60,479 nt of DNA from a virus (IMGVR_UViG_3300048548_000184:1-60479); one strand, 5' to 3'. Shown: positions 25,804 to 35,567, counted from the first letter of the stretch. Translations and numbers: made by a program. The notes: generated by a model not told the origin, from the sequence alone.

Positions 25804-27468
25804 ATGGGCAATGTAATATCAAAGTTGATTGAGGCGTATGCAGAAGTCAACGAAAAAAAGAAACTAGACCCTGTAGGGCAAGCTGATGCAGATATCGATA
25901 ACGATGGTGATGTAGATAAGTCTGATAAATATCTGCACAATCGTAGAAAAGCTGTTAAGAAAGCTATGAAGGATGACGAAATGAATGAGCTTTCAAATAA
26001 AACTCTTACAAGATATGCGATGAGTGCTGATAACGATGTACAAAAAAGAAGATCAAATCGTCCAGCTGGCAAAGGTGACGAATCAGATCCTAAGATTGGT
26101 AAGCGTTTAGATAAGATCAACCTTGCTCATAAAAAAGGTGCATTTAAAGAAGAAGTAAATGAAGCATATGAATCTGTCTGTAAAGAAATGAAGAAAATGC
26201 ATGATGAAGGTTACGGCAAAAAAGCTATCATGGCAAAATATAAGCACATGGAAATGGCAACTGTTGAGAAACTATATGCTCAAACATGTGGCACAAGAGA
26301 AGAAGTCGAAGAAAGTAGTAAAGCTGCACTTGCCAAGAAGTTAGCAAAGGCTGCTGCACCTTCTGAGAAGGGTAAGAAAGCTGTCACTTTGAAGAAAGCT
26401 CCTTTTGATATTCCTAAAGAAGAAAAGAATGAAGAAGAAATCATTATGAATCCTAAGAAGGATAAAGATAAGAAGGCTGACGCTGAAACAATGAATACTG
26501 AATCTGTTGATCTTGATGAAGATCTTACACACCAAACAGTAAAGCCACCGAGTCATACTAAAAAGTATTCTAACAGTGATTCTAGAGACACAAATAGCAT
26601 CGGAGGTGGCGGTACTAAGAGACATACTGTAACGAGTAGTCAAGCAGATGCTCATGATAAAACTGCTTCTCATCACGATAATGTTGCGGATGCTCATACA
26701 AAGGCAAGTGAAAAATCTTCTAGTTTCAAGATCCGCAGCTTGCATAGTAAAGCCGCTAGATTGCATAGAAATGCAGCAGAAGCACACCGTGATTCTTCTC
26801 ATTCTAGTTCAGGTGCAGATAATGATGGTTCTATTCAAAAAACAGCAAAGCATATGCACACTGCATACCATGCAACTATGGCTGCTAATGATTCATCAAA
26901 ACAAGCGAGAAATATGGGTACTAAAGCAAAGCGTATGAATACTGAAGAAGTTGAACTAGAGGAAAGCTTGAAAAAGCACATGTCTCCTTACGATGCAAAA
27001 GAATTCTTAAAAAAACACAATGCACACAATAAAGACTTCCATGCGTTGCCGGCATCATCGGCAAGCGCAATGCACGATAAGGCTAAAGAATTAAAATATA
27101 AGAAAAGTAAATCAGCACCAGGTTCTACAGGTAGAATGTTCCATGCAGCACTACAAAGGCATGCTGATAGTTATAAGGGTACAAGCGAATCTGTTCTACC
27201 ACCTGTATACGCACGTATTCTTGAAGAAAGAGAAAAGCATTACAAAGGTGCTACAAAACCTGAAGGAATGATGGACAATTCTAAGTCTTCTAAGGGTGCC
27301 ATGGATATGGTTAATCAACCAAAAGAGATTAACAATGATGACGAAAAAGGTCATGAAGATGCAAGCAAAGCAGGTAGAGTTGGACCAAGTGCCAAAGCAC
27401 GTCCTGCTGATAATATGAAAGGTGACAAGAAGGTAATCCCTTCCGCAACCCCAATGAAAGGAAAATAG
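25804..27468 (+). CDS. modular internal head protein / putative polyprotein
   Basis: AAGGAG RBS; DADIDNDGDVDKSDKYL Ca-loop; modules separated by VNE/MNE/VEE/LDE/LEE; His/Ala repeat module. Confidence 0.65.
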   Translation: MGNVISKLIEAYAEVNEKKKLDPVGQADADIDNDGDVDKSDKYLHNRRKAVKKAMKDDEMNELSNKTLTRYAMSADNDVQKRRSNRPAGKGDESDPKIGKRLDKINLAHKKGAFKEEVNEAYESVCKEMKKMHDEGYGKKAIMAKYKHMEMATVEKLYAQTCGTREEVEESSKAALAKKLAKAAAPSEKGKKAVTLKKAPFDIPKEEKNEEEIIMNPKKDKDKKADAETMNTESVDLDEDLTHQTVKPPSHTKKYSNSDSRDTNSIGGGGTKRHTVTSSQADAHDKTASHHDNVADAHTKASEKSSSFKIRSLHSKAARLHRNAAEAHRDSSHSSSGADNDGSIQKTAKHMHTAYHATMAANDSSKQARNMGTKAKRMNTEEVELEESLKKHMSPYDAKEFLKKHNAHNKDFHALPASSASAMHDKAKELKYKKSKSAPGSTGRMFHAALQRHADSYKGTSESVLPPVYARILEEREKHYKGATKPEGMMDNSKSSKGAMDMVNQPKEINNDDEKGHEDASKAGRVGPSAKARPADNMKGDKKVIPSATPMKGK

Positions 27469-27864
27469 ATGATTAAAGCTCCAAAATGGTGTAGTGACGC
27501 AGTTCCTATGGCTGCAAAAGGTTGGGTAAGTCCTAAGGGGGAGCTAATGGTTTCCTCTAGATTTACTCAGGCGCAAGTAGATGAGTGGTATGGTACTGAA
27601 GTTAGTATTGAAACTACTGCAGAAGAAGATATCCAAGAAGCTATTATGGATATGAATGCCAGAGGAAAAATTCAAGCAGAAATGGCAAGATTTGCGGCTG
27701 TATCTAAAGATGCAATGTCTTATGATCACACTGATGAAGAAGATCTACAAGCAATGACTAAACTAGAGTTAGAACTTCTAGGGCGTGAACATGGTGTTGA
27801 GTTAGATCGCCGCAAGTCAAAAGCTACTTTAATTGAACAGATGAAAGATTTGATGTCTAAATAA
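27469..27864 (+). CDS. hypothetical protein with C-terminal Rho-N/HeH-like helix pair
   Basis: LQAMTKLELELLGREHGVELDRRKSKATLI. Confidence 0.6.
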   Translation: MIKAPKWCSDAVPMAAKGWVSPKGELMVSSRFTQAQVDEWYGTEVSIETTAEEDIQEAIMDMNARGKIQAEMARFAAVSKDAMSYDHTDEEDLQAMTKLELELLGREHGVELDRRKSKATLIEQMKDLMSK

Positions 27865-27894
27865 AATCAACAAGGGTTTTTATTTGGATCAACA

Positions 27895-28263
27895 ATGAAA
27901 TTATTTGAAACACTAGACGATAATAATGTATTACTGTATGCCGCTAAACATTATTATAAACCAAATGTAATAGACGCTGATGAGTTTTATGATGATCTTA
28001 AAAGATTCGTATACTTAAAGCGTCTATTAAATCGTTATCACAATACAGGTGAGTTATCAGAAAGACTCATCTTAAACCACTTGATAGTCATATTTAATGT
28101 GTTTGATATTAAACCATCTTTGAAAATGCTAGAGTATCATATGGAAAATAAATATTGGTCTGCAATAAAGCCTTTTTTAATATTCTTAAGGCATATAAGA
28201 AATGAAGAATACACTGAGATAGAGATGGATAAAACAGTAATAGAAAGACTGAGGGAAATATAA
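27895..28263 (+). CDS. conserved T4-like phage hypothetical protein
   Basis: YAAKHY, EFYDDLKRFVYLKRL, ERLILNHLIVIFNVF. Confidence 0.75.
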   Translation: MKLFETLDDNNVLLYAAKHYYKPNVIDADEFYDDLKRFVYLKRLLNRYHNTGELSERLILNHLIVIFNVFDIKPSLKMLEYHMENKYWSAIKPFLIFLRHIRNEEYTEIEMDKTVIERLREI

Positions 28264-28862
28264 TGGGTATCATCAAAAGAGCAGGTGATCTGGTATACAC
28301 CTTCAGGTTTTTACGATTGCTTACTACATCATTCGAAGATACAGAAGCGTTTAAGTTAGGCATCATTGACAAGGACGGTAAGAGGCAAAAGTCTTTTACT
28401 CTTGACAGCATGGAAGATAGAGATAACTATCGCAACTACTACACACCGTTTCATAGACTTGTCTTCAATATAAAAAAGATTATGGCAAAGGCACCAGGGG
28501 GTGGTAGTAAGCTTGCTTCATATGCGGCTGCACTATTTCTTCTCAAAGAAAAGTTTAGTATGCCTCAGGGTAAGATCATAGAAGCTTTAGATGTTCTTAA
28601 CATAGATGAGACAGACTTTTTGACAGAGCACAGTGAATGGTTTGTATTGGAAGATAATAGACTATCGCCTGGTTCATATAAAGTCTTGACTAGTAAACTA
28701 ATCAATGATACAATGGATGAAATGGTCAACGCTAGAGATAAGGTTAGAGTTAGTAATGACTGTTATCCTGTAGGAGAAATCTTTGGTATAAATATATACG
28801 AGGTTACTCATATGAGAACCAACAAAAGTATTTACGTGTCGGTGGGAGAACTAGCACGATGA
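28263..28862 (+). CDS. conserved T4-like phage hypothetical protein
   Basis: FLRLLTT.FEDTEAFKLGIIDKDG, YTPFHRLVFNIK, SYAAALFLLKE. Confidence 0.75.
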   Translation: MGIIKRAGDLVYTFRFLRLLTTSFEDTEAFKLGIIDKDGKRQKSFTLDSMEDRDNYRNYYTPFHRLVFNIKKIMAKAPGGGSKLASYAAALFLLKEKFSMPQGKIIEALDVLNIDETDFLTEHSEWFVLEDNRLSPGSYKVLTSKLINDTMDEMVNARDKVRVSNDCYPVGEIFGINIYEVTHMRTNKSIYVSVGELAR

Positions 28863-29059
28863 AAGAAGAAGCAATGACAACTGCAGATGCAGGTATTCCA
28901 CAGGACACCAAGAACATGGGTCCAAGGGCTAGATTGCCTATGAATATACTGAGACGCAAAATAGGTCTGCCAATAAATGTGACAGATCGTAGACGTAAAA
29001 AGGATAAAACTCCTAGACTGCTAAAACAGTTTAGGCAGCATGTATATCAAAATGGCTAA
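28859..29059 (+). CDS. small basic hypothetical protein
   Basis: ORF track; GGGAG RBS. Confidence 0.55.
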   Translation: MKEEAMTTADAGIPQDTKNMGPRARLPMNILRRKIGLPINVTDRRRKKDKTPRLLKQFRQHVYQNG

Positions 29060-29471
29060 GTTATATTTAATTATTATTGTTATGGGGTTGTTGAGTGGTG
29101 TGGGTTATGGTGCCTACAACTATTACTTATGGTCAGAACAAACCATATCAACTCTCAGAGAGAACAACGTAAAGCTTAAATCTGCTGCAGAAACTTTACA
29201 GGCAACTGTAGAGAGAATACAGGCAGATCAAAAGAAAAATGAGCAGCTAAATAAAGATTTGACCAAGAGACTACAGCAATCGCAACAACACCTTGACAAG
29301 CTTAGAGGTGTGTTTGCTAAAATCGATTTGACTATGGAGGCATTAACAAATGCACAAGGACTTGAAGACAGAGTTGACAATGCAGTCAGCAAACTTATTG
29401 GACGTATCGAAAGTGAAACTACCCCTCCTTCTGATGATGCCGCTCCTGCTGATGGGGTGTCTGGGCAGTAG
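29052..29471 (+). CDS. i-spanin (Rz-like)
   Basis: N-terminal TM then periplasmic coiled coil; overlaps a lipoprotein gene. Confidence 0.7.
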   Translation: MAKLYLIIIVMGLLSGVGYGAYNYYLWSEQTISTLRENNVKLKSAAETLQATVERIQADQKKNEQLNKDLTKRLQQSQQHLDKLRGVFAKIDLTMEALTNAQGLEDRVDNAVSKLIGRIESETTPPSDDAAPADGVSGQ

Positions 29472-29787
29472 AGCACCTGAAGCTGAAGTTGTTCTTCAGA
29501 CTGAATACGCCAAACAAAACATTCCTATTCAAGAAAGACCAAAAGCGGTACAGTTTCCACCTGTCGATTGGTATGTTGTCACAGAAGATAACCTAGAAGA
29601 AAAACTAGCAGAGCTAGAACAAAAAACTGGTAATGTAGTTTTCTTTGCTATTACTCCAAAAGGATATGAAAACCTAGCACTTGGTATTGCTGAGATGCGT
29701 AGGTATATCAAAGACACTCAAGCTATCATTGGATACTACGAAGATGCTTTAGCAGAAGAACCTGTGCAGGAACCATCAACTGAATAA
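29413..29787 (+). CDS. o-spanin (Rz1-like) lipoprotein
   Basis: GTG start gives MKLPLLLMMPLLLMGC (lipobox); Pro-rich linker; overlaps i-spanin. Confidence 0.7.
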   Translation: MKLPLLLMMPLLLMGCLGSRAPEAEVVLQTEYAKQNIPIQERPKAVQFPPVDWYVVTEDNLEEKLAELEQKTGNVVFFAITPKGYENLALGIAEMRRYIKDTQAIIGYYEDALAEEPVQEPSTE

Positions 29788-31229
29788 TGAGATACTGTGG
29801 TATAAGTGAGAACTTCCACAATGCAGCTATTGCGTTTGTGGAAGAAGACGGAAATATATCGTTTGCTTCTGAAAGTGAAAGATATAGTAAACGTAAAAAT
29901 GATCCTATTTTGCACAACACTCTTAATAGTATGGTCAGTGTAAACGATCACATTTCTTTTTATGAAGATATTAAATTAAGAAACAAATATTCAGAAAAGA
30001 TAGCAAGTAATCTTCCTAGTAATAAAGCTGCATTGGACAAAGCTAGACACTTTAAAGACAGAGTTGCCACTAGCTATTCTAGATTTAGTTTTGATAAAAG
30101 CTATCTTCATCACGAAAGTCACGCTGCTGCTGCATTTTATACAAGACCGTGGAGTTCGTCTGAAGACACTGTATGCCTAACTATAGATGGTTATGGCGAG
30201 TGGCAGTCTGCTACTATACAAGACAGCAATTTCAATCTTTTATATGAGGAGACATATCCTAAATCTATAGGAGTTGTATATGCGCTCTGTACTAAAGCTT
30301 TAGGATACAAACCTTTAGAAGAAGAATACATTGTGATGGGAATGTCAGCTTTTTCAGAGAATATTCTATTGTCCGAATTTGAGGAAGCAGTAAATTGTTT
30401 CTTCACAGATAATTTATCATACAACGACTTTTTAGTATATCTTCATAGTTTAAATAAAGAGGAGTTGGCAGGAACTGTACAAAAATGGGCTGAACAGGAG
30501 ATATTTAAATTAGCTCAAAAGGCGAGAAAGTATGGAAGTAAACTTTGTTATAGCGGGGGTGTTGCTCAAAATATTGTTGCAAATTCTAAAATAAGAAGTT
30601 TGTTTGATGATATGTGGGTTGCAGTAAATTCTACTGATGGGGGATCTGCCTTAGGTGCTGCTGCAAGATCATATTGTCTTGAAACGGGAATGGATAGAAT
30701 TAACTGGAAAAATACATATCTAGGACTTGAAAATTGGATTGATGTAAATCCAAAAGAAGTTGCAAAATATTTACAAGAAAACAAAATAGCAGGAGTTATA
30801 CATGGTAAAGCTGAGTTTGGACCTAGAGCACTAGGCAATAGAAGTCTTTTAGCTAATCCTATATATGATGTAAAAGACACTGTTAACAAAATAAAGCAGA
30901 GAGAAAAATTTAGACCTTTTGCTCCTGCTATATTAGAAGAATATGCTAAAGAATACTTTGAGGGTCCAATGAACGAATATATGCAGTACTCAAGTGTGGC
31001 AAAACATGACTACAAATCTGTCATGCATGTTGACAGAACATCAAGAGTGCAAATAGTAAAAAAAGATTCAGAGTCCATAATAAGACCCATTTTAGAAGAG
31101 TTTTACAGTTTAACTAAAGTTCCTATGTTACTGAACACATCTCTTAATGTGAAGGGTATGCCTATTTGTAATAATTTTTATGATGGTAGATTATTTGAAA
31201 GTAAGTATAAAACAAAGGTATTCGGATGA
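29787..31229 (+). CDS. carbamoyltransferase (NodU/CmcH family)
   Basis: HNAA, ESERYSKRKND, HHESHAA, IDGYGE, GGVAQN, EFGPRALGNRSLLA, REKFRPFAP, LLNTSLN. Confidence 0.92.
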   Translation: MRYCGISENFHNAAIAFVEEDGNISFASESERYSKRKNDPILHNTLNSMVSVNDHISFYEDIKLRNKYSEKIASNLPSNKAALDKARHFKDRVATSYSRFSFDKSYLHHESHAAAAFYTRPWSSSEDTVCLTIDGYGEWQSATIQDSNFNLLYEETYPKSIGVVYALCTKALGYKPLEEEYIVMGMSAFSENILLSEFEEAVNCFFTDNLSYNDFLVYLHSLNKEELAGTVQKWAEQEIFKLAQKARKYGSKLCYSGGVAQNIVANSKIRSLFDDMWVAVNSTDGGSALGAAARSYCLETGMDRINWKNTYLGLENWIDVNPKEVAKYLQENKIAGVIHGKAEFGPRALGNRSLLANPIYDVKDTVNKIKQREKFRPFAPAILEEYAKEYFEGPMNEYMQYSSVAKHDYKSVMHVDRTSRVQIVKKDSESIIRPILEEFYSLTKVPMLLNTSLNVKGMPICNNFYDGRLFESKYKTKVFG

Positions 31230-32107
31230 TATATGTAAACGGTTGTAGTTTTACTTGGGGTGAAGGTGGGGAGTTCTTACCCGAAGGACGTGATGAATTT
31301 GGTGGACCTAAAAACGGCCAAAGAATAGTTGCAAGAATTAAAGACTCATATCCTAGTATATTAGCAAAAGATTTAAATACTGAACTTTTCGACTTTTCGA
31401 CTTCAGGAAAAGACAATACTACAATACTAAAACAAATGGCAATAGCTTTAAATTGGAGAAGACTTGGGAAATGTAAATCAAGTCCTGATGACATAATCAT
31501 AGTACAGCTAACAGATAATTTTAGGGCAGCTACTCCTAAATCAACTTTTGCTTTAAATTTTCACATTAATGATTTAGTATCTCAACTAGAAGACTATGAT
31601 GGACAGTATATAAAGATCATGATGTTTAGTATTCTTAAAAAATTACGAGGGCAAGGGTATGCTGATACAGTTTTAAATAAAACATATCGTATTCATTCAG
31701 ATATAGCACCAGAGTATAAGACAAGAGAACCATATATTGGGGATTGGACTGAAACACATCAAACATTTGAGACAGCACATTACTTAAGACTGATTCAATT
31801 AGAATGTAAAAGTATGAATATTCCTTTAGTGATTATAAATTACTACACTATACCCGAAAAGTTTAGTCCTGATCCAACGTTCCAAGTCATAGATACTGAC
31901 GATTTCCTTATCAGTAATTTTACCAAATCTGGAATGTATGCGCATTTAGAAAATGAAGGATTTGTTAAATGTAACGATAACTTTCATTTTCAACAAGATG
32001 CTCACTATTATCAAGCAGACATTATTAAAAACTTTATTAAGAACAAAGTAAGATTGAAAGCAAACACGGAACGATTTACACCTTACTATGTACACGACTA
32101 CACATAA
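31226..32107 (+). CDS. SGNH-hydrolase-like hypothetical protein
   Basis: YVNGCSFTWG block I, DNFHF...H C-terminal motif. Confidence 0.55.
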   Translation: MIYVNGCSFTWGEGGEFLPEGRDEFGGPKNGQRIVARIKDSYPSILAKDLNTELFDFSTSGKDNTTILKQMAIALNWRRLGKCKSSPDDIIIVQLTDNFRAATPKSTFALNFHINDLVSQLEDYDGQYIKIMMFSILKKLRGQGYADTVLNKTYRIHSDIAPEYKTREPYIGDWTETHQTFETAHYLRLIQLECKSMNIPLVIINYYTIPEKFSPDPTFQVIDTDDFLISNFTKSGMYAHLENEGFVKCNDNFHFQQDAHYYQADIIKNFIKNKVRLKANTERFTPYYVHDYT

Positions 32108-32122
32108 AAATAATATTTTTTA

Positions 32123-32164
32123 TTACAATATGTAGTTGCAAGATTATTACTTTTACTATATAAT
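32123..32164 (+). promoter_or_regulatory. nrdJ promoter with overlapping NrdR-box-like site
   Basis: TTGCAA-17-TATAAT (32136-32164); ttACAATATGTAGTtg at 32123-32138. Confidence 0.55.
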
Positions 32165-32246
32165 ACACCAATTAGAAAAAACAACATTAGACTGCTAGTT
32201 ATACGGACTAGCGGTATTAACAACTATTTACTTAAAGAGGTGCTAG

Positions 32247-34475
32247 ATGCTCAAACTTGTCAACAACAACAGGGATAGAGACACAAGAAGTCTTATGTCC
32301 GAAACTAAATTTTATGAAGGATACAGTAGGTGGGATGACACCAAAGAACGCTATGAGAGTTGGGATGAGTCTGTAAGTCGTGTTATGAACATGCACAGAG
32401 ATTACTACAAAGACAAGATGACCCCTGAACTTAATCAGATGATCAATGAGGCAGAATCTCTTTATAAGTTAAAGTATGCACTAGGTGCTCAACGTGCTCT
32501 ACAGTTTGGTGGAGATCAGTTACGCAAGCATATGATGAGAATGTACAACTGTACGTCAACCTATGCTGATAGACCACGTTTCTTTTCAGAGCTATTCTAC
32601 GTGCTTCTGTGTGGCGCAGGGGCAGGGTTCTCTGTACAAAAGCATCATGTGGAGAATTTACCAAATCTATCTGAACGTAAGAAGCAAGCCAAAGGTTGGA
32701 TCGTAGAAGATTCCGTTGAGGGTTGGGCTGATGCTCTAGGTGCTCTTATGTCATCATACTTTGTAGGTGGTGGACAGTTCCCTGAGATGGAAGGACGTAA
32801 AGTATATTTTGATTTAAATCAAGTACGTCCAAAAGGTGCTATGATCAATGGTGGATTCAAAGCCCCTGGTCCTGAACCACTACGTAGAGCACTAGATAAG
32901 ATTGAACATATCCTACAGAATATCGTTTTATCAGGGCGTGATACTCTTAAGCCTATCGAAGTATATGATATTGCTATGCATGCTGCAGACGCAGTTCTTG
33001 CAGGTGGCGTAAGACGTAGTGCGACTATCTGTTTATTCTCACCTGAAGATGAGGAAATGATCAATGCCAAAACAGGGAACTGGTTCATCGATAACCCTCA
33101 AAGGGGCCGAAGCAATAATTCAGCAGTTATCGTCAGATCCGAAATCACTAGAGAAGACTTTAAAAAGATCATGGGTTCGATCAAAGAGTTCGGAGAGCCC
33201 GGATTTTTCTTTGTCGAAGACAGAGATATCACGACTAATCCTTGTGTTGAGATTGGTATGTATCCGCAGATTGATGGAGAATCAGGTTGGCAGGGATGTA
33301 ACCTAACAGAGATCAATGGTGGTAAGTGTACAAGCCAAGATGAGTTCTTTAAGGCATGTCGTGCAGGAGCAATCTTAGGAACACTACAAGCAGGTTACAC
33401 TGACTTCAAATATCTAACAGAAACAAGTAAGCGTATCTTTGAGCGTGAGGCACTGTTGGGTGTGTCTGTAACTGGTTGGATGAACAATCCTGATGTTCTG
33501 TTTGATGAAGAAACTCAACGTCAAGGTGCAGAGATCGTCAAGTCAGTCAACAAAGAAGTTGCGGCATTGATTGGCATCAACCCTGCAGCACGTACTACTT
33601 GTGTAAAACCATCAGGTAATGCATCAGTTCTATTAGAAACTGCTTCTGGTATTCATGCAGAGCATAGTGCTCGTTACTTGCGTCACATTCAGTTGAACAA
33701 AGAAACTGAGGTAGGACAGTTGTTGGCAAAAACTAATCCATACATGGTTGAAGAGTCTGTATGGTCTGCTAATGGCACAGACTATTGTGTGGCATTCCCA
33801 ATCATCACTCCTGAAGGATCTTTGTATCGTGAAGAGTTGTATGGTAAAGCATTACTAGAAAAGGTAAGCGCAGTCCAAAATAATTGGGTAGAAGCAGGTA
33901 CAAATGTAGAGCTATGTGCAAACTCTAAGACACGTCACAACGTATCAAATACTGTAACTGTGTTGCCTCATATGTGGAACGAAGTGGAAGACTATGTTTT
34001 TGAAAATCGTCACAACTTTGCAGGTATTAGTTTCTTAGCAGGTATGGGCGACAAAGACTTTGCCCAAGCGCCTATGACAGAAGTGTTGACTGAAGATCAG
34101 ATTGTTGCTAAGTATGGCAAGGCTGCTTTGTTTGCATCAGGTCTGATTGTAGATACTCGTAAGCAAGGGTTTCGTGATCTGTGGGAAGCAACACAGATTG
34201 CACAAACTCCACCTGAGTATCAAGGAGAAGTCTCTGACCTACGTGCTGAGTGGATTAGACGGTTCAACAAGTTTGCTGATAACTACTTCATGGGGGATCT
34301 TAAGGAAACTGAGTATTGCCTGAAAGATGTGTTCTTACTTCACAAGTGGGAGAAAGTACAACAGAATATTCAGTCGGTAGACTTCTCATCAGAACTAGAT
34401 GAAAAGCGGTTTACTGAGATCGATACCATGGGAGCTATTGCATGTCAAGGGGGTGCATGTGAAATAACCTTCTAG
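32247..34475 (+). CDS. nrdJ: class II (B12-dependent) ribonucleotide reductase, monomeric RTPR type
   Basis: YNC, GGVRRSA, TNPCVEI, GCNLTE, TCVKPSG, C-terminal ACQGGACE. Confidence 0.93.
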   Translation: MLKLVNNNRDRDTRSLMSETKFYEGYSRWDDTKERYESWDESVSRVMNMHRDYYKDKMTPELNQMINEAESLYKLKYALGAQRALQFGGDQLRKHMMRMYNCTSTYADRPRFFSELFYVLLCGAGAGFSVQKHHVENLPNLSERKKQAKGWIVEDSVEGWADALGALMSSYFVGGGQFPEMEGRKVYFDLNQVRPKGAMINGGFKAPGPEPLRRALDKIEHILQNIVLSGRDTLKPIEVYDIAMHAADAVLAGGVRRSATICLFSPEDEEMINAKTGNWFIDNPQRGRSNNSAVIVRSEITREDFKKIMGSIKEFGEPGFFFVEDRDITTNPCVEIGMYPQIDGESGWQGCNLTEINGGKCTSQDEFFKACRAGAILGTLQAGYTDFKYLTETSKRIFEREALLGVSVTGWMNNPDVLFDEETQRQGAEIVKSVNKEVAALIGINPAARTTCVKPSGNASVLLETASGIHAEHSARYLRHIQLNKETEVGQLLAKTNPYMVEESVWSANGTDYCVAFPIITPEGSLYREELYGKALLEKVSAVQNNWVEAGTNVELCANSKTRHNVSNTVTVLPHMWNEVEDYVFENRHNFAGISFLAGMGDKDFAQAPMTEVLTEDQIVAKYGKAALFASGLIVDTRKQGFRDLWEATQIAQTPPEYQGEVSDLRAEWIRRFNKFADNYFMGDLKETEYCLKDVFLLHKWEKVQQNIQSVDFSSELDEKRFTEIDTMGAIACQGGACEITF

Positions 34476-34509
34476 GCTATATAGTAGCAAGTGTATAATA
34501 GGAGAAAAC

Positions 34510-34644
34510 ATGGAAGAAGAATATTGGGCAGAGTGTGTAGCTTGTGAGACTGAAACGCAAGTGTTGGTTATAGATAGCGAAGAGTTGCCACAGTATTGTC
34601 CAATGTGCGGTTCTCCTATAGAATTCGAAGTGGTAGTAGATTAG
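34510..34644 (+). CDS. small zinc-ribbon protein (44 aa)
   Basis: Read from sequence: ECVAC...YCPMCG; AGGAG RBS. Confidence 0.75.
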   Translation: MEEEYWAECVACETETQVLVIDSEELPQYCPMCGSPIEFEVVVD

Positions 34645-34679
34645 TATAAATAGCCTTGCAACAGCAGGGCTATTTTTTT
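34645..34679 (+). promoter_or_regulatory. late promoter overlapping a terminator hairpin
   Basis: TATAAATA 34645-34652; TAGCCTTGC-AACA-GCAGGGCTA-T7 34651-34679. Confidence 0.7.
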
Positions 34680-35090
34680 ATGTGGTATTACAACGGTGAA
34701 GTGTTTGAAGAAACACCTGAAGAGTATCAGGGATTTGTATATGAAATCACTGAACTAGATACTGGAATCAAGTATATTGGCAAGAAGTTCTTTTGGAAGC
34801 CAAAGAAGCTACCTGTCACTAAAACACGCAAGAGAGCCGTTAGGAGCCGCACTGAGAGCGATTGGCGTAAATACTACGGTAGCAGTACCGAAGTAAAAAT
34901 GTTAGTAGAAACTAAAGGTGCGGATAACTTCAACAGAGAGATATTAAAGCTTTGCAAGACAAAGGGGCTATGCTCTTACTATGAAATGAAATATCAGCTA
35001 GAGAGAGACGTTCTCCTGAAGCCTGATGAGTATTATAATGCATTTATTGGAGGAAAGATACATCGTAAACACATATTAGGGAAAGAATAA
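34680..35090 (+). CDS. GIY-YIG endonuclease
   Basis: GFVYEIT...KYIGKK, YYGSS, FNREIL, YYN. Confidence 0.85.
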   Translation: MWYYNGEVFEETPEEYQGFVYEITELDTGIKYIGKKFFWKPKKLPVTKTRKRAVRSRTESDWRKYYGSSTEVKMLVETKGADNFNREILKLCKTKGLCSYYEMKYQLERDVLLKPDEYYNAFIGGKIHRKHILGKE

Positions 35091-35567
35091 ATGCAAAACG
35101 AATATGACGTAGTAGTAATAAAGGTTCTAGATGGAGACACGATTGATGTTGACATTGATTTAGGCTTTGGTGTTTGTCTTAAAGATGAACGAGTACGGAT
35201 CATGGGCATCGACACGCCTGAGTCACGCACATCTGATAGAGTAGAAGATCTATTTGGTGAGGCTGCAAAGGCTAGACTGAAAGAACTCATGAAAGATGGT
35301 GGCAAGTTAATCACTACAGAAGATAAGCATGGTGAAGACATGAAGGGTAAGTTTGGACGTATCCTTGGAGACTTTCGTGTGCCTGATGGACGTAAGGTTA
35401 CTGACATCATGATCGAAGAAGGACACTGTGTTCCTTACTTTGGTGGGTCTAAAGAGGATACACAGGCTGCACACATGAAAAATAGAGAAAGACTATTGGC
35501 AGAAGGTATTGTAACTCAAAAAGACTATGACGCTGCAGTCGAAAAGATGGCGAAAAAAAAGAGTTGA
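35091..35567 (+). CDS. SNase-like thermonuclease
   Basis: KVLDGDTIDV, RVRIMGIDTPE, GKFGRILG. Confidence 0.9.
   Translation: MQNEYDVVVIKVLDGDTIDVDIDLGFGVCLKDERVRIMGIDTPESRTSDRVEDLFGEAAKARLKELMKDGGKLITTEDKHGEDMKGKFGRILGDFRVPDGRKVTDIMIEEGHCVPYFGGSKEDTQAAHMKNRERLLAEGIVTQKDYDAAVEKMAKKKS

Noticed and set aside
32165-32246. Cobalamin riboswitch before nrdJ
   Set aside because: The leader is only ~80 nt with one hairpin and no B12-box sequence.
32247-34475. Introns or inteins in nrdJ (also checked uvsX, 41, thyX, phoH)
   Set aside because: ORFs are continuous and of normal length, with no intein terminal motifs visible.
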